Shown: positions 1 to 7,163 of the stretch, one piece after another
How the letters are laid out: each line of letters opens with the position of its first letter
Numbering within the stretch: the first letter of the stretch is position 1
From: Planctomycetes bacterium UBA1662
Lineage (GTDB): Bacteria; Planctomycetota; UBA8108
Direction of reading: 5' to 3'
DNA length: 64,000 nt
NCBI GenBank assembly: GCA_002320775.1
Contig: DCKY01000187.1
Coordinates: 7,161-71,160, forward strand
Translations under genes and position numbers: made by a program
Notes under the pieces: model-generated
What the model was told of the DNA's origin: nothing
The model's input: only the letters and a program-made list of their open reading frames with translations
Database searches by the model: none

Positions 1-1507
1 GACCGAAGATCTTTTCCGTCTCGCTCAGCAGGTCAGCCCTGCTTGCAAGCAGCAGCCCCCAGTCCTGCCGGCCGGGGTCCAGGCCTTCTGTCTCGTTGAT
101 GAAAAGCAATTGGGGGTCGCAGATCGCCGCCAGGTTGTTGAAGCTGTCGGTCGTTCTGACCACATCGGCGGCGGCGCCCCAGGCCTCCGAGCGGTTGAGG
201 ATCTTCTCGGGCGGCGGGTTGTAGAGCTGATCAAGATCTATCCCCAGGCCGAAGAGATGTCCCCTGGATCGGATCTCTTCAGCGGCCTTCGACAGCTCCG
301 AGTTGCCTCCGCATTCTTCTGCCGCGTTCCAGCGAGTGAGCTGCCCGCCCTCTCCCGCTCCTGTTGCCAGCCAATCCTCCGGGATCACCAGGGCGCGGTC
401 GATGCCAAGCACCTCTTGCCAGTGGCGGGAGATCGCGCCAAGCTGCTTAAAGTCGTAGCGAACCTCCCGGCTGGCCAGGGGGCCCCTGGCATCAGCCGTC
501 ATCGAGGGGCGCCACATGGCCGCGCCGATGAAAGCCCTAAGGTCTTCTCTCTTCGAGGTCTTGAATCGCAGGGAGTCGAGATTCCTGCTGCTCTGCACCC
601 AATGGGCGTAGACCCTCGCAGTCTCCATGATCTCCATGTTGATCTCTGTCGGGACAAGGAAGGTCAGCTCGCCCGAGTGGCCGTTGAAATCAGCGCTGGT
701 GAAGATGCCTCGTCTGCCCGGAAACTTCTCATCGCCCACCGCCTCGCGTTGAATGGTGAGCGCGGCCTCCGGGTCGCTCCAGCAGAAGGCCAGGGTCCCG
801 GCGAGACGGCTGAGTCCGATGACCGGCAGGGAGTAGGCGTTTCCGGATGCCTTGCCGCCGGGGGCCAGGGGCCGGTCCAACCGAATCTCGAGCGGGCCGG
901 CCTTCGCGGCGCGATGGAGCTCTCCGACTCCACGCGGCAGGAGAATTTCTCCGTTGTCGGAGTCGCTGATCCAGAGAGACCTGTCCAGCAGCCGCAGCCC
1001 GGAGACCTGTGCCCGGCTCTCCTCGGGTACATCAAAGGCGAGCGCAAGCTGGCTCCCGTTCTTGATCTTACGCCACTCGAGCCAGATGGGCGGCAGCTCG
1101 CGGCTGCTCGATCCCGCGCGAAAGCGAATTCGGTCCGAGTTCGCATTCAGGTTTTCAACCTTGTCGACAGGTGCGGTTTCTCCATTCTTCAGCAGGATGG
1201 AGCAGAAGCCCTTGCGGTTCCAGGAGGAGTAATACCCGACATTCGATCTGCGAACATTCAACCGAAAGCTCGAGGTGTGCCGGTCCATGTGAAACACGTA
1301 GGCGGAATTCTCCAGCGAGACCGGTTCGAAGACCCAGCTGTCGAGCGCCTTACGCCGCTTTTCGAGCTCGGTCTCGCCGAGGTCGGATTCCTGGCCGTTG
1401 GCGGCCCACCCCGGCGCGAGGCAGAGGGCCTGCAGGATGAACAGGCCCAGGGCCAGGGGGCCTGCGGTGTGCGCGCGGACACCTGTTTTCGGATAGCAGG
1501 TCTTCAT
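1..1507 (-). CDS. Hypothetical secreted protein, 3' end truncated by the window edge. Its start overlaps the upstream acylase stop in an ATGA.
   Basis: I translated the minus strand from the ATG at 1507..1505. The product begins MKTCYPKTGVRAHTAGPLALGLFILQALCLAPGWAANGQ, which looks like a signal peptide, and the frame stays open for more than 500 codons to position 1. The ORF track omits it because it has no in-window stop. The + strand ORF 110..1687 is its antisense. Confidence 0.55.
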   Translation of the reverse strand, partial: MKTCYPKTGVRAHTAGPLALGLFILQALCLAPGWAANGQESDLGETELEKRRKALDSWVFEPVSLENSAYVFHMDRHTSSFRLNVRRSNVGYYSSWNRKGFCSILLKNGETAPVDKVENLNANSDRIRFRAGSSSRELPPIWLEWRKIKNGSQLALAFDVPEESRAQVSGLRLLDRSLWISDSDNGEILLPRGVGELHRAAKAGPLEIRLDRPLAPGGKASGNAYSLPVIGLSRLAGTLAFCWSDPEAALTIQREAVGDEKFPGRRGIFTSADFNGHSGELTFLVPTEINMEIMETARVYAHWVQSSRNLDSLRFKTSKREDLRAFIGAAMWRPSMTADARGPLASREVRYDFKQLGAISRHWQEVLGIDRALVIPEDWLATGAGEGGQLTRWNAAEECGGNSELSKAAEEIRSRGHLFGLGIDLDQLYNPPPEKILNRSEAWGAAADVVRTTDSFNNLAAICDPQLLFINETEGLDPGRQDWGLLLASRADLLSETEKIFG

Positions 1508-3729
1508 CGTTTTCCCCCGGTTTTATCGTTCTGGCGGCCGGTATCTCCAGCCTCTTCACCCGGATGGTACACCTGCAGAGAGTTTTTCTCGATCTCTTCG
1601 CGTGAGAAGAGGGCGGGCTTGAACTTTTTGCGGGCGAACAGTTTTGCCTGGTCCAGGTGGTGGGGCGAGTCCGGATCGGCACTTTGACCGAAGACGAGGA
1701 TGGAGCGGGCCCTTGTGGCCGGGCCAAAGTTGACGACACTCACGTAGGAGTGTCCGGCGATTCCGTAACGCTTCTTTTGTCCATCAACCCGGCGCGCGTA
1801 AAAATTGAAGACCATGCCCAGCCAGCCGGGCCCGCCGGCGATGGGCAGGCTGGAGGCGGAATCACTGAAGCCCGGCTCCTGGTCCGGCGGAATTCGTTGC
1901 AGCCGGTTGAGCTCGCCCCAGGGAACATGCCAGGTGCCGAAGTACCATCGCAGCCCGGCTGTTGCCCGGGCCAGGTTGCGCAGCGCTGTGCGCGGGTCTT
2001 TGCGCGGGTCGAGCTTGAACTTGCCGAGCTCGGCCCAGACGGTGAAGAGTGTCATTTCGGTGGAATCGATTCGTGCGACACAATCCCATTTCTTCAGCTC
2101 GGCGACCGGGAGCTCCAGCTTTTTGGCCAGCCTCCTGTCGCTTCTTCTTGCCAGCTCCCAGGCCCTGACGATTCCCGGTATCTGTTCCTCTGCAAGCAGC
2201 ACTGTGGTGTCGAAGCCGGCCTCGCAGAGGGAGTCGAAGGTGAATGTTTCCTTGCGGGAGAGCAGCCGTCGGGAGATTTTCGCCCGGAGATTGTCCTTCT
2301 CCGTCACCATATAGGGAGGGAACTCGCCGGGCCGGGGGTTGTCTCCAATGGTCGTGGTGAAGGGGGTCTGGTTGCAGTTCTGCAGGAATCCGCTGGGAGG
2401 GTTGAGGAGCTGGGGCAGCTCAGCGAGGGAGTGGTAGCCGCGCCACTCGGTGCCGGGGTCGCTGCCGTCCACGGGCTCGCTCCAGTTGAGCCCGGGATCT
2501 CTCCGGGGGACGGCCGCGTTGTAGACGTAGAAAATATTACCTTCACGGTCGGCGTACATGATGTTGAACATCGGGATGGCGAGCGGCTCGATAGCTTTCC
2601 TGAACTCTTCGAGAGATCCCGCCCTGCTCATGGCGTACCACTGGGCGACCTGCCCGCCCTTCACGAACCGGGAGAGCCTGAGACTGACGGGCTTTCCCTT
2701 GTGAGTTCCGACGATGGGTCCATGATGGGTTTTGCGGAACTGGTAGAGCTTTTCTCTGATGCCCTCCGGACCGAGAATCTTGAGTGTTTCGCTCCATTGC
2801 TCAGCCCGGCGGTGTTCTTTGCCCCAGCGATAGGCCAGTGGATCCTCGGGGTCGTCGAAGGTTTCTACGTAGAGATCGGCAATATCGGGATAATTGACCG
2901 TGTGGCTCCAGCCGAGCTTCTCATTGTGTCCAAGGGTCGGTACAAGAGAGCCGAAGAAGGCCGCCCCTGACATGTTAAGGCCCTCTTCGCTGTGAAGGTG
3001 CCCTTCATAGAATTGCCCCGGTCCGAAGTAGGGCTGATGGGGATTGATGAAGAGAAGGGCGTGGCCCGATTCGGTTTTCGAGGGAGCGACGGCCCACATA
3101 TTCGACCCCTGGCTGTGCTCAGGGGGCAACTCCTTCAGCGCCCCCTGGACCTTGCGGCCGCTGATTCCCTCCCTGCGCAGTATGAACTGTACGTAGAGTC
3201 CATAGCGGCAGAAGGCAAAGGCGTGCCAGGGTTCGAAGCGTTTCAGGAGCCTTGGCCTGACACCCGGGTTTGTCGCAAGGAAGTGATTGAGTCCCGCGGC
3301 GAAAGCATCGCAGAGCACCCGCAGGCGGGGAGCGGAGCGTTCATATTCCTCCACCGAGAGGCGCTCTATCTCAAGAGCTCGCACCAGGAGATCCCCCGGC
3401 AGCGCATCCTCTCCATGCACCTCGGCGCCGCGCCCGGTCGCGAGGATGAAGTTTTCTTCGATCTGCCAGAAGTTGTCCTCCGCCTGGGCGTAGAGGTGTC
3501 CGAAGACCACGCTCGCATCGGTCGGTCCGTAGATGTGAGGCACGCCCCAGGAATCCCGATGGATTGTGACGGAGCGAGCGACCGCGCTCCAGTCGGAGGC
3601 GCCCTCTTTCTCTTCGCAATGGGCGGGTTTCCAGCCGGTGATGGCGCAGGCCAGGAGCAGCTGCAGAAGAGCCCCCTTCAGCACTCTCGGCTGCCTGCTC
3701 GTCTTGTTTTTTTCCCGTACCCGGATCAT
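1504..3729 (-). CDS. Penicillin amidase / N-acyl-homoserine-lactone acylase family protein (S45 Ntn-hydrolase).
   Basis: The 741 aa product has an N-terminal signal or lipobox-like segment (LLLACAITGW). It contains GVPHIYG, and a GSNMWAV motif that matches the Ser nucleophile at the beta-subunit N-terminus of S45 acylases. The overall length fits the family. Confidence 0.8.
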   Translation of the reverse strand: MIRVREKNKTSRQPRVLKGALLQLLLACAITGWKPAHCEEKEGASDWSAVARSVTIHRDSWGVPHIYGPTDASVVFGHLYAQAEDNFWQIEENFILATGRGAEVHGEDALPGDLLVRALEIERLSVEEYERSAPRLRVLCDAFAAGLNHFLATNPGVRPRLLKRFEPWHAFAFCRYGLYVQFILRREGISGRKVQGALKELPPEHSQGSNMWAVAPSKTESGHALLFINPHQPYFGPGQFYEGHLHSEEGLNMSGAAFFGSLVPTLGHNEKLGWSHTVNYPDIADLYVETFDDPEDPLAYRWGKEHRRAEQWSETLKILGPEGIREKLYQFRKTHHGPIVGTHKGKPVSLRLSRFVKGGQVAQWYAMSRAGSLEEFRKAIEPLAIPMFNIMYADREGNIFYVYNAAVPRRDPGLNWSEPVDGSDPGTEWRGYHSLAELPQLLNPPSGFLQNCNQTPFTTTIGDNPRPGEFPPYMVTEKDNLRAKISRRLLSRKETFTFDSLCEAGFDTTVLLAEEQIPGIVRAWELARRSDRRLAKKLELPVAELKKWDCVARIDSTEMTLFTVWAELGKFKLDPRKDPRTALRNLARATAGLRWYFGTWHVPWGELNRLQRIPPDQEPGFSDSASSLPIAGGPGWLGMVFNFYARRVDGQKKRYGIAGHSYVSVVNFGPATRARSILVFGQSADPDSPHHLDQAKLFARKKFKPALFSREEIEKNSLQVYHPGEEAGDTGRQNDKTGGKR

Positions 3730-4547
3730 TCAGCTCCGGCCGCCTTGCGAAGGGTTTGAAGAGCGGCGGCCGCAACCGTCGCGGGGTCCGGCTTGTAGTC
3801 AAAGGGCTCGGTTGAGACCCAGCCGTCATAGCCGCTTTCCGCAAGCGACGAGAGGATCGGGGTGAAGTCGAGCTCACCCATTCCCGGTCCCTTTCCATCG
3901 GGTTCGTTCGCGTGAAAGTGACCCGCGTCTTTTCCGTGTCGAAGGATGGTCCCCTCGATACCTTCGGGCATCGAGGACATGGCCTTGCAATCGAGCATAT
4001 AGCCGATTCCGGGGCTGTCGATGGCCTCCCGCAGCTCGAGCACCTGTTCGATGGTCTGCAGAAAGTTGGTCTCGGTCGGGCTGAGGGCTTCCAGCAGCAG
4101 CTGGACCCCAAGGTCTTCACAGGTCTGGCCGACCTCTTTCAGCGCCTCTGCGGCCCGGTCAAAGCCGCTCCGCGGATCTTGTCCGTCTTCGAGATTCCTC
4201 TGCTTGGGCGAGCCGAAGATCATGACCTTGCCTCCGAGATCATTGCAGAATCGAGCCAGGTCCTGCAGGTAGCCGGTGGTGCGCTTGCGGATGGACGAAT
4301 CGTCGGTGGTCAGGTGTAGTCCCGGCGGCGAGACCAGGAGCCAGTGGAGGCCGACAATCTCGAGGCCGGCGTCTTCGGCCTGCCTGCGGAGCTCAGAGCG
4401 CTGCTCCGCGCTGACCTCCTCGACCGAGTCAGCTGCGTTGAAGGGAGCGATCTCAATGCCGTCAAAGCCTGCCATGGCGATCTGGGTTATGGTCTCGCTC
4501 AGCGGCGTGCTGAAAACCTCGCTGCAGAGAGCGTATTTGAAAGCCAT
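3726..4547 (-). CDS. Sugar phosphate isomerase/epimerase (xylose-isomerase-like TIM barrel) protein.
   Basis: The ORF runs 3726..4610. The likely start is MAFKYALCSEVF at 4547. The product resembles the AP-endonuclease 2 / xylose isomerase-like TIM-barrel fold, with HW and E motifs. Its stop overlaps the acylase start in an ATGA at 3726..3729. Confidence 0.65.
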   Translation of the reverse strand: MAFKYALCSEVFSTPLSETITQIAMAGFDGIEIAPFNAADSVEEVSAEQRSELRRQAEDAGLEIVGLHWLLVSPPGLHLTTDDSSIRKRTTGYLQDLARFCNDLGGKVMIFGSPKQRNLEDGQDPRSGFDRAAEALKEVGQTCEDLGVQLLLEALSPTETNFLQTIEQVLELREAIDSPGIGYMLDCKAMSSMPEGIEGTILRHGKDAGHFHANEPDGKGPGMGELDFTPILSSLAESGYDGWVSTEPFDYKPDPATVAAAALQTLRKAAGAE

Positions 4548-4716
4548 GGTCTGGAAGTCTCCTTGCCGCCTGCTGAAGGGGCTCCCCATCCTGCGTGGGA
4601 GCGTCCGCATTTGATGGGGTATTGTAGAGCGCCGGCGGACAAAGTGGAATGGCGAAGGGCAGGGGCCAGTCCTATACTGTTCTTTCTTCGCAGCTGTTCA
4701 TTGGTCCAGGTAACGC

Positions 4717-5877
4717 ATGTCTTCGTCTTCGCCATCTTCAGACGACACAAACCGAGAGGCGGGCCGGCAGGAATTTGATCCTGACGGGCCCACCCTGATG
4801 TTGTCCTATCACGGCGCCCTGGAGCGGCAGGCGGCTCCTGCCAGGATTGCCGAGCCCAGCGAGGAGATGAGCTGGAATGCCCGCTACCGCATCCTGCGGA
4901 AGCTGGGCAGCGGCGGCCAGGGGGTCGTGTACCTGGCGCTCAGGGAGGGAGTCGATGGCTACTCGACCAAGGTCGCCATCAAGCTCTATGCCCGGGATGA
5001 GTCGGTATCTGAGTCCAGGCACCTGAAGGAGATGGAGCGCATCGCCCACCAGGGCCAGAAGATCAGCGAGATCCAGCAGGACAACCTGGTGAACATCCGT
5101 GACTTTGTCGCTTTGGAAGATACCCGGGTCATGGTCATGGAGTGGGTCGATGGATTGGATCTTCGCCAGCTTCTCGCCGCGAAGCTCTACAGGGAATCCG
5201 AGGCGCGGGTCACAAAGGCGGATTGGGACCGCCTGAACGATGTCCTGGTTTCCCCCGGGGAGGATCACTGCATGTTGAGACCCGCGGCCGCCGTCGATAT
5301 TCTGCGAGGCTGCCTCGCGGGGCTGTCTTCCCTTCATCATCACGAGATCATCCACAGCGACCTGAAACCTTCGAACATCATGATCAAGCGGACAGGTACG
5401 AAGAAGCTGATCGACATGGACTCTTCCTGCGATCGCCAGGTCGATCTGCAGGCGGAGGTTCGCGGTACACCCTATTACATGGCTCCGGAGCTGATCAGGG
5501 AGAGGGATGTGCGCTATCGCTCCGACATAGCCAGTCTTGGCTATGTGCTGATCGAGATGTTGACGGGCAAGCTGCTGTTCAAGGAATGCAAGACCCTTGA
5601 TCAACTTCTCGAGAAGAAGCTGCGTCTACCTGATGAACTGGTTGAGTATATGCCTCGGTATGACCATCTCGATCTTCGTCTCGATCTTCTCGAGCTCTGT
5701 ACGAAGATGATCGCCACTGACCCAACAGAGCGGTTTCCCGATGCCGAGACGGCCGACCTGGGAAAGCTCGGCGCCGCGAGCTTTCACCGCCAGTTGGTGA
5801 AACACGACCTCTCGGCCGAGTATTCGCGGGATCTTGGCTGGTGGATCGATCTGGTTCATCCGGCTGAGGAAGGCTAG
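4717..5877 (+). CDS. Ser/Thr protein kinase (Hanks-type) with variant catalytic motifs.
   Basis: It has a glycine-rich loop (LGSGGQGVVYLA), a VAIK lysine (KVAIKLY), HSDLKPSN in place of HRDLKPxN, DMD in place of DFG, and the APE motif (PYYMAPE). Confidence 0.8.
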   Translation: MSSSSPSSDDTNREAGRQEFDPDGPTLMLSYHGALERQAAPARIAEPSEEMSWNARYRILRKLGSGGQGVVYLALREGVDGYSTKVAIKLYARDESVSESRHLKEMERIAHQGQKISEIQQDNLVNIRDFVALEDTRVMVMEWVDGLDLRQLLAAKLYRESEARVTKADWDRLNDVLVSPGEDHCMLRPAAAVDILRGCLAGLSSLHHHEIIHSDLKPSNIMIKRTGTKKLIDMDSSCDRQVDLQAEVRGTPYYMAPELIRERDVRYRSDIASLGYVLIEMLTGKLLFKECKTLDQLLEKKLRLPDELVEYMPRYDHLDLRLDLLELCTKMIATDPTERFPDAETADLGKLGAASFHRQLVKHDLSAEYSRDLGWWIDLVHPAEEG

Positions 5878-6045
5878 CGCATCAAAAACGGTTCTTTTAT
5901 CAAAAAGGTTCGGGGCGCTCCTGGCAGGCTATAAGATAGGGGGAGTGTTTACCTGGGGGGGCCGCTCGCGGCCCGGGTTCTCACACAGGAAGCCGCCCTG
6001 TGGAGCGCGGTGAATGATTACCTGTTTTAGCTGAGGAGTCTGCAG

Positions 6046-7068
6046 ATGCCGTGTCGTTTTTACCCGGGAGTCTTTGTTTTCCTGATCCTGGTGGCCGCCT
6101 CGCCAGCCATCAGCGCGCGCAGTTTCCGGATGGCGCAGCTTCCTAACGGTTTCGAGCTGGGCTGCATCTCCTGTCACGAAGGTTTTGGCGGAGGTCCGCG
6201 TAACGCCTTTGGATTGGATGTCGACAGAACCCTGGTCGATGGGGATGTCGATTGGCAGGCCATCTGCGACCTGGACTCCGACGGGGACGGCTACACCAAC
6301 GGACAGGAGCTCGGGGCGGGTTGTGACTGGACCGAGGGAGAACCGGTGCCGGACGGCGATGTCCCCAGCAACCCCGGCGAATCCGATTCGTTTCCCGCTC
6401 CTGACCTCGGAGTTACCATCGAGGCTTCGGAAGAGTCGGTGGCGACCGGGGGGAGCCTCTCCTATACGGTCGCGGTCTTCAACCTGGGATCCAGGGCCGC
6501 CGCTGAGGTGCGGATTGAGCTCCTGCTTCCCGAGGGGATGACGGGAGATATTCCTGGAGATGAATGCGGTGTAAACCCCGGCGGAGTGTCGTGCTTCCTG
6601 ATCGAGGACCTGCAGCCTAATTTCGGCTCGAACCTTTTTTTCCCCGTTCAGGTCATCCCGAATGCCGCCCCCGGAACCTACGTGGTGGTCGCTCGGGTGA
6701 GCTCCTCGACCGAGGAAACCGATGACGACAACAATACCGCCAGCATCGAGGTGGTTGTTACCGGCTCCACCTCCCGGACCGCCTTCCGGCGCGGAGATGC
6801 CAATGATGACGGTCAGCTTGGAATATCCGACAGCCTGTCGTTGTTCGGCGCGCTTTTTCTTGGCGGAGCCCTGCCGGTCTGCAGGGAGGCCGGGGATGCC
6901 AACAATGACGGTTCCATCGACATTACGGATGGGATCTTCGTCTTGTCCTATCTCTTCCTGGGAGGCCAGGCGCCTCCGGCGCCCGGGGCGCAGGCCTGCG
7001 GGACGGACTCCGATGCGGAGGGAAGTCCCGGAGACCAGGGATGCGAGGTCTATACCAGCTGCGGCTGA
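6046..7068 (+). CDS. Secreted CxxCH (heme c-like) / DUF11-like / dockerin-like protein.
   Basis: It has a signal peptide. The CISCH motif is followed by GFGGG..AFGLD, which matches the planctomycete-type cytochrome signature. It carries a thrombospondin-3-like Ca loop (DSDGDGYTNGQELG) and a DUF11/CARDB-like beta segment. The C-terminus has two DxNxDGxxDISD loops, each followed by YLFLGG. Confidence 0.6.
   Translation: MPCRFYPGVFVFLILVAASPAISARSFRMAQLPNGFELGCISCHEGFGGGPRNAFGLDVDRTLVDGDVDWQAICDLDSDGDGYTNGQELGAGCDWTEGEPVPDGDVPSNPGESDSFPAPDLGVTIEASEESVATGGSLSYTVAVFNLGSRAAAEVRIELLLPEGMTGDIPGDECGVNPGGVSCFLIEDLQPNFGSNLFFPVQVIPNAAPGTYVVVARVSSSTEETDDDNNTASIEVVVTGSTSRTAFRRGDANDDGQLGISDSLSLFGALFLGGALPVCREAGDANNDGSIDITDGIFVLSYLFLGGQAPPAPGAQACGTDSDAEGSPGDQGCEVYTSCG
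6786..6965 (+). other. Tandem dockerin-like Ca-binding module (two repeats) at the C-terminus of the 6046..7068 protein.
   Basis: The two repeats are GDANDDGQLGISDSLSLFGALFLGG and GDANNDGSIDITDGIFVLSYLFLGG. Confidence 0.55.
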
Positions 7069-7163
7069 TGGTCTCAATTGGCGGATTACCTGGGAACTCG
7101 TCCGGGAAATCAGGTGAACCTGCCTGAAATCTGGGCATACTTGAGGTTTATGGAGGGATAGAG

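Noticed and set aside
110-1687. A 525 aa + strand ORF.
   Set aside because: It is antisense to a long minus-strand gene, which the track omits because that gene has no in-window stop. Its composition is biased toward R, G and A and looks non-coding. The minus-strand frame gives a coherent signal-peptide protein that is coupled to the acylase gene by ATGA.
1657-2970. A 437 aa + strand ORF.
   Set aside because: It is antisense to the S45 acylase gene, which has clear family motifs.
4738-5604. A 288 aa minus-strand ORF.
   Set aside because: It is antisense to the Ser/Thr kinase gene.
5929-7077. A 382 aa minus-strand ORF.
   Set aside because: It is antisense to the CxxCH/dockerin protein gene and is a low-complexity, Gly/Arg-rich frame.
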